A DNA stretch of 64,000 nt, from the NCBI GenBank assembly GCA_963777505.1, contig CAVZQN010000004.1, positions 384,001 to 448,000 of the forward strand, given 5' to 3'. The position numbers and the translations under genes were made by a program. Of the stretch, positions 40,207-50,054 are shown piece by piece. Origin of the DNA: an uncultured bacterium. GTDB lineage: Bacteria; Acidobacteriota; HRBIN11; JAKEFK01. The first letter of the stretch is position 1. Each line of letters opens with the position of its first letter. The notes beneath the pieces are model-generated. The model saw nothing but the letters and a program-made list of their open reading frames with translations, ran no database searches and was not told the DNA's origin.

Positions 40207-42804
40207 ATGAACCGGAAAGCAATTCTTTTTGCGCTGCTTGCGGCTACATTGCTATATCGTGGATCTTTTTTCTTTGAAATTTTTGCACGCAACAGTATTT
40301 TCGCCGGAATTCAATGGTCCATTAAGAACCAGACTCTTGTTGCGAAAAAAATAAAACAGACGGATCCATTTGGACGTCCTACGGCTGCAGGTTGGGCGGG
40401 CATTCAGGTTGGAGACCAGATCGTTGAGATCAAAGAATCGAATGGAAATTCGTTTCCTATTCGAAGTCTGAATGATTTTGGTGATGCGATCAGAAAGGTA
40501 CGCGACACCCATGCGCCATCATTCGTTGTTCTTCGAAAAAATCCTTCTGGCATAGATGAACGGATCGAGTTGGTAATCAAATCGCGGCCGGCTGGTGTGC
40601 AAGATCTGAAAGCGTCTTTGCTCACAATTTTCTGGACATCACTTTTACCTCTGGTAGCAATTGTCACTGCCTTTTTCATCGGGTTCAGCAAGCCACAAGA
40701 GAATCATGCATTTCTTGCCAGCCTTTTATTTTTAAGTTTTTCAGCAATCATAACAATCGATATTTATTTGCTTCCGCCAGGCTTACGCGAATTCAGCCGT
40801 TTGTACGAAACGGCATGCATCATTTTCCTGCCTTATCTATTCATGAGATTTTTTCTTCTGTTTCCATCCTCATCATGGATTGAACGCAAATTCCCATGGC
40901 TTAAAACCGCCTTTCTTATATTTACTACACTCTTGTTGATCGTAAGGCTTTTCTCTGAATATTTCCTTCACACTTCGTTTGAACGCTATGCGGAATTTCA
41001 GGAAGCAATCGCGCCGGTCTGGCCAGTATTGAATGTTGGGTGGTTCTCAATGCTGGGAATCGGGGTCATTTCATTGTTAATGAATACTTTTCGCCGGCAG
41101 AGTTTAGATGAAAGGCGGAAGATGCTGATTCTTTTATCAGGTGTTGCCTTGGGAGTTCTTCTTCCCGGTGCGCTGATTCTGTTCATGATTCGCACTGGCT
41201 CTAATTCCATTTTCTTGTTTAGTGCGATCGCTCTATGTGTCACTGCATTTCCTGCGGCCTTTGCGTATGTTGTGATCCGGCATCGTGTGCTTGGAATTCA
41301 GTTGCTATTGCGAAGAGGATTGCAATACCTGCTGATCTCCCGCACATTTTGGATTCTTGAGGCGATTATAATTTTCCTGATTTTGTATTTTGTTGTACTG
41401 CCTGTGTTGATGCCGCTGGTTCCAGGGATTCCCGCTTTTTTGCGTCTGATTCTAGTTGGTGCGCTGACATTGTTGGCCTACTACGGAATTCGTAGGATCA
41501 ATCGGCCGATTATGGAATCGCTCGACAAACGTTTCTTCCGTCAAGCGTACGATGCCCGCGAAATTTTAACCGATCTGAGTCATGCTGTCGGACGTTTCGC
41601 AGCGAGCCCGGCTCAACTTCTTGAACTTGTGACTGACAAAATTTCCCGCTCTTTGCATCCCGATCCTGTAGCAGTTTTCCTCAAGGGTTACGATATTGCT
41701 CCGGATGAAGAAGGAAAAGCCCGCCTTTACCGGATGAAAGAAGATCGTTACTTCTGTGTCTGGATTCAAAAAGGAACACAGACTCCTGCATCTTCCGAAT
41801 ACAAATTGCCTCAAGACGCATTTATTTCGCAACAACTTGAAAAACTTCAAGAACCACAAGCCATGGAAGTTGATCTGGATGATTCCGATCTCCATACAAG
41901 GCTCCTTTTACCTTTATATATGGAAGGAAGATCTATTGGATTCTTCAGCCTTGGAGAAAAACTTTCAGAAGAGCCTTACTCGTCTGAAGATAAAAATTTG
42001 CTTTTAACGGTTGCACAACAAACAGCCATTGCTTTGCATTACTCGAAGCTCATCATGGAAGTGGCGGATCAAGAAAAAACGAAGCGTGAAATTGAAATCG
42101 CAAAACAGGTGCAAGCCCAATTGTTTCCACAAATTTTTCCACCAGTTTTGAATCTTGACTACACCGGATATTGCAGAGCCGCACGAAGTATTGGTGGGGA
42201 CTATTATGACTTCTTAAATCTTGGGCATAACATTCTGGGAATCGGTCTCGGAGATATTTCAGGAAAAGGAATTTCTGCAGCTTTATTAATGTCATCACTT
42301 CAGGCACTTCTGCGCAGCAATGCGCCGGAAAAAGGAAATGCTCTTGATCATTTATTTCAAAAGATGAATGTCCTTCTTTGCAGCTCCGCTTCAAAAGGAA
42401 AGTATGCAACATTTTTTTATTGTGTTTTCGACGGCGAGCATCGATCTATTGTTTATGTAAATGCAGGACACTTACCTCCAATGGTTTTTCGCAAGAATGG
42501 TGATGTGTTGCGTTTGAAAACCGGGGGAATGGTTTTAGGCATGCTTCCGGAAGTCACTTACTCAAAGGAACAGGTTGAATTACGCAGCGGAGATGTGCTT
42601 GTAATTTTTTCAGATGGCGCTTCTGAAGCGATGAATATCAATGATGAAGAGTTCGGTGAGGAGAGACTGATTGAACTTGTAAAGCCAAACCTTGAGAAGT
42701 CATCGGTTGAGATCAAAGACTTGATTCTAGCGGGCATAGAAAAGTTTGTCGGCCACGCTGATCAACATGACGACCTCACACTTGTGGTAGCCTGTGTAAC
42801 CTAA
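40207..42804 (+). CDS. Membrane SpoIIE/PP2C-family phosphatase (PDZ-like, multi-TM, GAF-like, PP2C)
   Basis: AGIQVGDQI (PDZ-like), GGDYYD, GDISGKG, NAGH, FSDG and DDLT motifs. Confidence 0.88.
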   Translation: MNRKAILFALLAATLLYRGSFFFEIFARNSIFAGIQWSIKNQTLVAKKIKQTDPFGRPTAAGWAGIQVGDQIVEIKESNGNSFPIRSLNDFGDAIRKVRDTHAPSFVVLRKNPSGIDERIELVIKSRPAGVQDLKASLLTIFWTSLLPLVAIVTAFFIGFSKPQENHAFLASLLFLSFSAIITIDIYLLPPGLREFSRLYETACIIFLPYLFMRFFLLFPSSSWIERKFPWLKTAFLIFTTLLLIVRLFSEYFLHTSFERYAEFQEAIAPVWPVLNVGWFSMLGIGVISLLMNTFRRQSLDERRKMLILLSGVALGVLLPGALILFMIRTGSNSIFLFSAIALCVTAFPAAFAYVVIRHRVLGIQLLLRRGLQYLLISRTFWILEAIIIFLILYFVVLPVLMPLVPGIPAFLRLILVGALTLLAYYGIRRINRPIMESLDKRFFRQAYDAREILTDLSHAVGRFAASPAQLLELVTDKISRSLHPDPVAVFLKGYDIAPDEEGKARLYRMKEDRYFCVWIQKGTQTPASSEYKLPQDAFISQQLEKLQEPQAMEVDLDDSDLHTRLLLPLYMEGRSIGFFSLGEKLSEEPYSSEDKNLLLTVAQQTAIALHYSKLIMEVADQEKTKREIEIAKQVQAQLFPQIFPPVLNLDYTGYCRAARSIGGDYYDFLNLGHNILGIGLGDISGKGISAALLMSSLQALLRSNAPEKGNALDHLFQKMNVLLCSSASKGKYATFFYCVFDGEHRSIVYVNAGHLPPMVFRKNGDVLRLKTGGMVLGMLPEVTYSKEQVELRSGDVLVIFSDGASEAMNINDEEFGEERLIELVKPNLEKSSVEIKDLILAGIEKFVGHADQHDDLTLVVACVT

Positions 42805-42816
42805 GGAATATTTTCG

Positions 42817-42928
42817 GATTCTCCCCCCTTGGATAAGGGGGGAGTTAGAGGGGGGTTGATAGAGTTTCGTATTTGGAAATTCTTTTTCAACCCCCTCCTA
42901 ACCTCCCCCTTATCTAAGGGGGAGGAAC
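42817..42928. repeat. Palindromic MITE-like repeat, copy 2 (inverted relative to copy 1)
   Basis: Reverse complement of 36773-36883 with a diverged central loop. Confidence 0.85.
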
Positions 42929-42968
42929 AGGATTATTCTCTTTTAAATTTCTAATAGGGGAAATATCA

Positions 42969-44789
42969 ATGAAATCGATGCCATCAACACCGGAAGTCGC
43001 AAAAAAGATTGCAATCTCTTTGGGCCGCTCTTCATTGTTCCTTGGGATGGACCCAAAATTGTTAGGTGAGATCGCAACTAAAGCAAACCTAGTGCAACTG
43101 GATCCTGGAGAATTTCTAACTCGGGAGGGAGAAACTCCGGATGCTTTCTTTGTGCTGATTAATGGCCAGGCCTCGGTCTTAATCCAACAAAAAGAAAAGA
43201 AAGAAGATGCGGAGATTGCGCAACTTGGCCCGGGAGATACAGCCGGTGAAATTGCCTTACTTCTTTCACAACCATATGGTGCATCTGTAAAGGTAACCAG
43301 TCGTGTTGTTGCTGCACGTTATGATGCAAAGTTTTTTGACAAAATGGCTGAAGAGATTCCAGCTTTCGGAATGATGCTTGCAAAATCAATTGGCATGCGG
43401 TTTCAAAAATTGTTTCGGATGATTCCCGTGCCGGAACACAACATCGAAGACGGCAGTCCTTCGGAACAGATTGTCAAACTTTTGCCGATTGAATTCATGA
43501 GAAGGCATCGAGTTCTTCCAATCAAAAAAGAAGGGAACAATTTAACTCTTGGTTTCGTGGATGAACCCTCCAGTTCCGTTCTTCAGAGTGTCCGAAATTA
43601 TCTAACCGGTATGGAGCTTTTACCGGTTAGAATCGATTCTGCGTTATTCGAATCGACTTTGCGGGCACGTTCCGGCGCCGCTGACAAACCGCAACCCGCA
43701 GCAGTTCAGAAAAAAGAATCCACGCCACTTTCACTGGAACAACTTCTGCGATCGATGATCACGGAAGGAGCATCGGATCTTCATCTTTCGGCAGGACAAC
43801 GTCCCCGGTGGCGAATCGATGGTCAGATGCAGGAAATTGTTGATACACCCATGTTGGAGGCCAACACAGTCTTCGAACTTTTGATTCCTTTGATTGATCG
43901 CCGATTCAAAACGCAGTTTGAGGATACCAACGATACTGATTTTGCTTATACACTTGGAGAAGGAGCCCGATTCCGCGTCAATCTTTTTCGAAATGCGAAT
44001 GGATCTAGCGCTGTCTTTCGTCATATTCCTTTGCAGATTCCAACCCTGGAACAACTCGGCATGCCTGATGTCGTTCGGCGGTTCTGCGAAGAACCAAAAG
44101 GGCTGATTTTGGTTACTGGACCTACTGGCAGCGGAAAATCAACGACTCTCGCAGCAATGGTTGATTTGCTGAATAAAAGCCGGAGAGATCACATCATTAC
44201 ACTGGAAGATCCGATTGAATTTGTTCATCCAAGTCAAAGTGCATTGATCAATCAGCGCGAGGTTGGTGCTCATACGGCATCTTTTGCGCGAGCACTTCGC
44301 GCCGCTTTGCGTGAGGATCCTGATATTGTTCTTGTTGGGGAAATGCGCGATCTTGAAACCATTTCGATGGCTCTGGAAACTGCCAATACAGGACATCTCG
44401 TACTGGGAACACTGCACACATCAACTGCTGTAATGACAGTGGACCGCATTGTTAACCTCTTTCCAGCGGATCAACAAAATCAAATTCGCTCCACACTTTC
44501 TGATGTGCTGCGAGGCGTAATCTGCCAGAATCTCTGCCGGCGTATTGGAGGAGGACGCGTTGCGGCTTTAGAAGTTCTTGTTGTAAATCACGCTGTTTCC
44601 AGTTTGATCCGTGAAGGGAAGACAATACAAATTCCAAATATTATGCAGACAGGAAAGGCGCTGGGGAATCAACTCCTGAATGATTCTCTGGTGAATTTGG
44701 TTCAAACACAAAAAGTAGAATACGAAGAAGCGCTGAGCAAAGCCGTAGACAAAGCAGATATCGCAAAACGTTTGAAGCGTACTCCATAA
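42969..44789 (+). CDS. pilT: PilT-family ATPase with N-terminal cNMP-binding and T2SSE_N/MshEN-like domains
   Basis: ASDLHL, GPTGSGKSTT, EDPIE, ALREDPD and TGHLVLGTLHT; N-terminal LTREGE..LGPGDTAGE (cNMP) and MRRHRVLPI (T2SSE_N). Confidence 0.85.
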   Translation: MKSMPSTPEVAKKIAISLGRSSLFLGMDPKLLGEIATKANLVQLDPGEFLTREGETPDAFFVLINGQASVLIQQKEKKEDAEIAQLGPGDTAGEIALLLSQPYGASVKVTSRVVAARYDAKFFDKMAEEIPAFGMMLAKSIGMRFQKLFRMIPVPEHNIEDGSPSEQIVKLLPIEFMRRHRVLPIKKEGNNLTLGFVDEPSSSVLQSVRNYLTGMELLPVRIDSALFESTLRARSGAADKPQPAAVQKKESTPLSLEQLLRSMITEGASDLHLSAGQRPRWRIDGQMQEIVDTPMLEANTVFELLIPLIDRRFKTQFEDTNDTDFAYTLGEGARFRVNLFRNANGSSAVFRHIPLQIPTLEQLGMPDVVRRFCEEPKGLILVTGPTGSGKSTTLAAMVDLLNKSRRDHIITLEDPIEFVHPSQSALINQREVGAHTASFARALRAALREDPDIVLVGEMRDLETISMALETANTGHLVLGTLHTSTAVMTVDRIVNLFPADQQNQIRSTLSDVLRGVICQNLCRRIGGGRVAALEVLVVNHAVSSLIREGKTIQIPNIMQTGKALGNQLLNDSLVNLVQTQKVEYEEALSKAVDKADIAKRLKRTP

Positions 44790-44794
44790 GAAAC

Positions 44795-44865
44795 AACGGA
44801 TGCCACGGATTCACACGGATGAACGTGTTTATCCGTGGTTGATTAAATCTGTGTTGATCTGTGGT
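44795..44865. repeat. Short acggat-type repeat/hairpin between convergent genes
   Basis: acggat x3 followed by atccgtgg/atctgtg inverted copies. Confidence 0.55.
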
Positions 44866-44877
44866 AAAAAATGAAAT

Positions 44878-45381
44878 CTACTTTTTTCCTGGCGGGAAAT
44901 CTGCAAACATTTTTGCGACTGCCTTGGTGATGGTCGTCTGCATCTTCGCCAGATCGGTTTTCACAGTATCCTGAGCTGTACCTCTCCAGACCAGAGCATT
45001 TTTCGCAGAACCTACAAGATCCACTACTAAAGTGCCGACCTTAACTGGTTCGTGTTTCTTTTTCTGATCTCCCCATTCGCCCACAGAATAGCCCGCTTGA
45101 TCTGCTTTCACTTCCGTTTCTGTTGAGCCATGATAAGTCACAAATAGATCGGGAGCTTTATCGGTTTTTGTGAAGCCTTTCGCGATCAATTGTTTTTCGA
45201 TTTCTGCAATGATCATCTTGTTAACTTCTGGCCGGGTTGCTGGCGTTCCTGGTTTCCAGTTAAATGTCTTTAAGTAAGGAAAATGGATCCGTGGATCAAA
45301 TTCAACATCTACAGTTTGTCCAAAAACAATATTAGGAAACACAGCTAAGAGAAATAAAACTATCAGTTTGTACATCCTCAC
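44878..45381 (-). CDS. DUF4136-like periplasmic protein
   Basis: GTLVVDL..LVWRG..KMFADFPP; paralogue of 4504-5062. Confidence 0.75.
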   Translation of the reverse strand: MRMYKLIVLFLLAVFPNIVFGQTVDVEFDPRIHFPYLKTFNWKPGTPATRPEVNKMIIAEIEKQLIAKGFTKTDKAPDLFVTYHGSTETEVKADQAGYSVGEWGDQKKKHEPVKVGTLVVDLVGSAKNALVWRGTAQDTVKTDLAKMQTTITKAVAKMFADFPPGKK

Positions 45382-45397
45382 GATACCTCCTGTGAGA

Positions 45398-46888
45398 TCA
45401 TTTGCTTGTCATAGAAAAGATGGATGCTTTCCACGGTGATTCATCCATATATAGTCCACGCGCATGTAGATCGTTGCCATCACGCTCGTAAACTGCAGTA
45501 CCGAGCAAATCCTGAAGACGCCAATTTCTGTCAGCGATTTCCGGGAATGGCAGCCGGACGTAACACTGACTCTGGTTAGGAGCATAGTTGACTACGGTGA
45601 GCAGTTTTCTTCCATTCTCTCCCTGCCATGCGAAGGCCACAAAACAATCCCATGTCCAGTTTCCTTCCCAGGCAGGTACACATCCAAGTAATTGCCAGTC
45701 ACCCTGACGAACAATAGGCTCACGCAGTACTGCAAGCAACCGCTCATAAAATTGCTTGAGTGTTTCATCGACATCTTCTTCTGGTGCTCGAACAAGATGA
45801 GGCGAGATACGCTTCTTTCGGCCTTCGAACTGACCTTGATGAAAGAAACGCAATCCAGAAGACAGAAAAGTGATGACGGCGGCAGCTTGATGAACATCCG
45901 GAGAAAAAGTAGTGGCCGCACGCGGCTCATCATGATTTTCCAGAAAGCGAGCCATCTTCTTTTGATAATCAAGGCCAGCGTGGAAGTGTTCACGCACAGG
46001 TTTCGAATGACCTTCGCGCAAGCGATCATAAAGGCGTTTGTCGTATGTGTAATCGAATCCTTGTTGTTGAAGGTCCCATTCGAGGTCCCAATAAACTTCA
46101 GCCATGAAAGTGAAATCCTTTACTTGCTCTCGCACGAGCTCTGTAGCTTTCGGCCAGAATGGCTGAGGTGTAATCCCCCATGTTCGTTTAAACACTTCGG
46201 GCAATATCAGCATCGCCATATCGCAGCGCACACCGTCACACTGTCCTGCAATTTTCAGAAGTTCCGTGATCATTGCTTCCTGTGTGGCTGAGTTGCCGTA
46301 GTTGAGTTGAAGAGTGTCGGGCCAACCGGGAAAATATGGATCGCGTCCATGAGCAAATATCATGCGATCCTTAACGCGATTAACGTAAGTGAAGTTTTTG
46401 GGTTCTCGCGAAAGATCTTCTTCAGTTCCGGCGATAAAAAATTCGGGATGTTCCTCCACCCAGGGGTGATCCATGCCAGTGTGGTTTGGAACAAAATCGA
46501 GCATCAATTTTAGGCCGCGCTTTTTAAGTCGTTTGCGTAGTTTAGCTAGAGCCGCGTCTCCACCTAAAGCTTGATGAACTGTATAACCTGTGATCGCAAA
46601 TCCAGATCCTTCAATGTCTTCTTCACGAAGGTCTGACAATGTCTCTTCGAATTCTTTGCGCCATTCCGGATCGGTGCGCGATACGCGCTGCCCTGCCAGA
46701 CCAGTCTGCCATACACTCAGTAACCAGACCCAGTCAAAACCTCTTTCTTTAACAAGATCTAACTCGGAATCGGGAATGTCATCTAAAGTCGCGGTCCGGC
46801 CCAACTCTCGCGACAATTGTGTGAGCAATACACGCGTATTCATTTGGTAGAGCAACGGATGTTGATTGGTTTTAATCTTCTTTGGCAT
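45398..46888 (-). CDS. Alpha-amylase family glycoside hydrolase (GH13)
   Basis: DFVPNH, GVRCDMAM, AEVYW and ENHD conserved regions. Confidence 0.9.
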   Translation of the reverse strand: MPKKIKTNQHPLLYQMNTRVLLTQLSRELGRTATLDDIPDSELDLVKERGFDWVWLLSVWQTGLAGQRVSRTDPEWRKEFEETLSDLREEDIEGSGFAITGYTVHQALGGDAALAKLRKRLKKRGLKLMLDFVPNHTGMDHPWVEEHPEFFIAGTEEDLSREPKNFTYVNRVKDRMIFAHGRDPYFPGWPDTLQLNYGNSATQEAMITELLKIAGQCDGVRCDMAMLILPEVFKRTWGITPQPFWPKATELVREQVKDFTFMAEVYWDLEWDLQQQGFDYTYDKRLYDRLREGHSKPVREHFHAGLDYQKKMARFLENHDEPRAATTFSPDVHQAAAVITFLSSGLRFFHQGQFEGRKKRISPHLVRAPEEDVDETLKQFYERLLAVLREPIVRQGDWQLLGCVPAWEGNWTWDCFVAFAWQGENGRKLLTVVNYAPNQSQCYVRLPFPEIADRNWRLQDLLGTAVYERDGNDLHARGLYMDESPWKASIFSMTSK

Positions 46889-46902
46889 TATTCAGGCCTT
46901 CA

Positions 46903-49641
46903 TTACTTTTTTACTGACTGCTCTCCGGTCACTTGTTCCCTCATGATTCGCGCCATAAGGATCTCGCGTTCAGTGTCCAGCAGATACTTAGCGTCAACAC
47001 GGCCAAAAAAATCCATCAGTGGAGCGACAAGACTAGTCCATCCGGTTTGGTGACTTGCCCCAAGCCCAGCCCCGTTGTCGCCATGAAAATATTCATAAAA
47101 TAGGATCAAATCGCGCCAATGAGGATCTTCCTGAAACTTGGATGTACCTCCATAGACCGGACGTTTTCCATTAGCATCTCTCAGGAAGATGCCTGCTAAG
47201 CGCCGCGAGATTTCCTTCGACACTTCAAACAACGTCATGTATTTGCCGGAACCAGTCGGACATTGCACTTTGAAATCGTCGCCATAAAAAGAGTAAAGGT
47301 TCACCAACGCTCGGATGATCAGAATATTCACCGGCATCCATACTGGACCACGCCAATTAGAATTTCCTCCGAACATTCCTGTATTCGATTCCGCCGGCAG
47401 ATACTGTACCTTGAACTCCTCATGTCCAACCCAAAACGTAAATGGATGATCAAGGTGGTATTTTGAAAGTGACCGAATTCCATGTGGCCCCAAGAACTCA
47501 TTTTCATCAAGTAAGTAACCAAGCACACGCTCCAGTTTTTTCTTGTTGAGAATTGACAAGAGGCGTCTTCCTTTGTATCCAATGAAACCTGTGTCCGTCG
47601 GCATCACTTGGGAGGCTAACTGTGGATGACGTTTCCGGAAAAGGTCGATCATTTCCAGCAGTTTTGGATGTTGTGTCAGGATATCCTGGTGGAATACAGT
47701 AGATGCACAAAGTGGAAGAAGACCCACCATCGATCTCACTTTCAAACGGACCGGCTGACTGTTTGGTGCCCGCAGCAGATCATAGAAGAAACCATCCTGT
47801 TCATCCCACATTTCATCGTGATTCTCACCGATGCGGTCCATTGCATAAGAAATCCAAAGGAAATGCTGTATGAACTTGAAAGCGATTTCTTCATACATCG
47901 CGTCATAATCGCTTAAAATAACTGACATCTCCAACATGCACTGGCAATAAAACGCCATCCACGCCGTACCATCCGCCTGCTCAAGCGATCCACCTGTTGG
48001 AAGTTGCGAACTACGGTCGAATACTCCAATGTTATCCAGACCAAGAAAGCCACCGGCGAAAACATTGCGGCCAGACGGATCCTTCCGGTTCACCCACCAA
48101 TTAAAATTGAGCATCAATCCCTGAAAGGATCGTTCCAGAAAGCGGATGTCTGCCCTGCCTAGCGTTTGCTCCATCTTATACAGGTAGATTGTTGCCCATG
48201 CATGAACCGGTGGATTTACATCGCTAAAGTTCCATTCGTAAGCGGGAATTTGTCCATTGGGATGGAAATAGAGACCGCGCAACATGAGCAGCAATTGCTC
48301 TTTGGCAAAATCGAAGTCGACCAATGCAAGACTGATAGTATGAAACGCAAGGTCCCATGCTGCATACCATGGGTATTCCCATTTGTCCGGCATCGAGATG
48401 ACATCCGCATTCAACATGTGAAACCATTCCGTATTGCGAACATCGCTGCGGGCAGATTCCAACAGGGGATGACTTTTGTGTTCACTTAACCACTTCTCCA
48501 GATCGAAGTAGTAGAACTGCTTGCCCCACATCATACCCGCTAGCGCCTGCCGATGGACTCGTCGTTCATCTTCAGTCAGCGATTGCGGCGTAATCCGCGT
48601 ATAAAATTCGTCTGCGTCCGCAATCCCGTTTTTAAATGCCTTCTCAAAACTGCCAAAAGGATCGCTTGCTTTCGACTTGGTCAGACGCAGACGGATCGTT
48701 TTGCTTCCACCTGCAGGCACATTAAGCACATAGTGCGCCGCAGCTTTGGTTCCAACCTTGTTGGGATTTACTGCTCCTTTCTCTCCGGAAATGATGTAGC
48801 GGTGAAATGCATCCTTTACATAAGGAGATATATTGGGCTGATTCCATAAACTCTGTGCATTACTTTCGTTTTCAGTAAATAGAAGTTCCGGCGCTTCATC
48901 GCAATACAACGAGTATTCGCCAAGCTCATGATGTGATGTGGAGATCATGCCCGGCGCCTGTTCACGAATCGACGGCTTTGGATCACCATTGCCCCAGGAC
49001 CATGTGTTCCTGAACAAAAGTGTGGGTAACACACGAAGCCGTGCGGCTTCCGGTCCACGGTTGTGAACGGTTACACGAATCAGGATGTCTTCTGGTTCTT
49101 GCTTGGTGTACTCAACGAACACGTCAAAGTAACGATTGTCATCAAATATGCCTGTATCAAGCAACTCATATTCGAACTCCTCTCGCGATCGCCGATTTTT
49201 TTCAAGAAGGTTTTGATATGGAAATTCACGCTGCGGATACTTGTATAAATACTTCATGTACGAGTGCGTAGGAGTACTATCGATGTAAAAGTAATACTCT
49301 TTGACGTCTTCACCATGGTTCCCTTCACTGTTGGTTAGACCGTAAAGGCGTTCTTTCAGAATTGGATCCTTTTCGTTCCACATCGCGAGTGAAAAACAGA
49401 GCTTTTGCTTGTCATCCGAAATTCCGCCCAATCCATCTTCACCCCATCGATATGCACGCGAGCGCGACTGCTCATGCGAGAAATAGTCCCAGGCATTGCC
49501 GTTCTCACTATAGTCTTCGCGAACTGTTCCCCACTGCCTTTCGCTAAGATAAGGACCCCATTTCTTCCAGGGGATTCCTTTCTCACGCGCATCATTTAAC
49601 CGCTTTTGTTCTACTACATCGATAGATTTTGGGTCAGCCAT
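46903..49641 (-). CDS. MGH1-like glycoside hydrolase (GH63-like glucosidase)
   Basis: WGPYLSERQWGTVREDYS, MPDKWEYPWYAAWDLAFH, GGNSNWRGP and GASHQTGWT motifs. Confidence 0.92.
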   Translation of the reverse strand: MADPKSIDVVEQKRLNDAREKGIPWKKWGPYLSERQWGTVREDYSENGNAWDYFSHEQSRSRAYRWGEDGLGGISDDKQKLCFSLAMWNEKDPILKERLYGLTNSEGNHGEDVKEYYFYIDSTPTHSYMKYLYKYPQREFPYQNLLEKNRRSREEFEYELLDTGIFDDNRYFDVFVEYTKQEPEDILIRVTVHNRGPEAARLRVLPTLLFRNTWSWGNGDPKPSIREQAPGMISTSHHELGEYSLYCDEAPELLFTENESNAQSLWNQPNISPYVKDAFHRYIISGEKGAVNPNKVGTKAAAHYVLNVPAGGSKTIRLRLTKSKASDPFGSFEKAFKNGIADADEFYTRITPQSLTEDERRVHRQALAGMMWGKQFYYFDLEKWLSEHKSHPLLESARSDVRNTEWFHMLNADVISMPDKWEYPWYAAWDLAFHTISLALVDFDFAKEQLLLMLRGLYFHPNGQIPAYEWNFSDVNPPVHAWATIYLYKMEQTLGRADIRFLERSFQGLMLNFNWWVNRKDPSGRNVFAGGFLGLDNIGVFDRSSQLPTGGSLEQADGTAWMAFYCQCMLEMSVILSDYDAMYEEIAFKFIQHFLWISYAMDRIGENHDEMWDEQDGFFYDLLRAPNSQPVRLKVRSMVGLLPLCASTVFHQDILTQHPKLLEMIDLFRKRHPQLASQVMPTDTGFIGYKGRRLLSILNKKKLERVLGYLLDENEFLGPHGIRSLSKYHLDHPFTFWVGHEEFKVQYLPAESNTGMFGGNSNWRGPVWMPVNILIIRALVNLYSFYGDDFKVQCPTGSGKYMTLFEVSKEISRRLAGIFLRDANGKRPVYGGTSKFQEDPHWRDLILFYEYFHGDNGAGLGASHQTGWTSLVAPLMDFFGRVDAKYLLDTEREILMARIMREQVTGEQSVKK

Positions 49642-49704
49642 GATTCCTCCAATTTTTCCGAAGACACTTCTTGAATTTTAGGTGAAGTATTTTGCTACTG
49701 ATGT

Positions 49705-49719
49705 GCAAGTCTGAGGCCA
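49705..49719 (-). promoter_or_regulatory. sigma54 promoter, leftward
   Basis: Minus strand TGGCCT-CAGAC-TTGC. Confidence 0.6.
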
Positions 49720-49817
49720 GAATATGAAATGACATCAGGGAGCGTGCTAACTATTTTAATTCTAATAGCTTGGCTACTATCAAAACGCCACGAATGTATT
49801 CCGGATAATTAACTTGA

Positions 49818-49853
49818 CCACGGGATAGAGTAGCAGCCTCCGCTATTACGGAG
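49818..49853. promoter_or_regulatory. Tandem palindromic operator, copy C
   Basis: CCACGGGATAGAGTAG-n4-CTCCGCTATTACGGAG. Confidence 0.7.
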
Positions 49854-49915
49854 GTTGCTAATACAATAAAACCAGCATCTCTTGCGGCATCCTCGAGGAA
49901 CATTTTTTGATTTCA

Positions 49916-49930
49916 TGGCACATTAGTTGC
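49916..49930 (+). promoter_or_regulatory. sigma54 promoter, rightward
   Basis: TGGCAC-ATTAG-TTGC, exact consensus. Confidence 0.75.
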
Positions 49931-49949
49931 TCTCTCAGGAGGCCAGGTT

Positions 49950-50036
49950 ATGATCTCACTAAAGCCTTCCGTCAATTGGCTTTTGATTTTTATACCCATC
50001 ACACTCGCACTTGAATACGTAAGCACACTTACGTGA
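49950..50036 (+). pseudogene. 28-codon ORF resembling the N-terminus of a Ca2+/H+ exchanger (CAX)
   Basis: RBS aggagg; MISLKPSVNWLLIFIPITLALEYVSTLT*. Confidence 0.45.
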
Positions 50037-50054
50037 TACAAATAAAAGGAAGCA

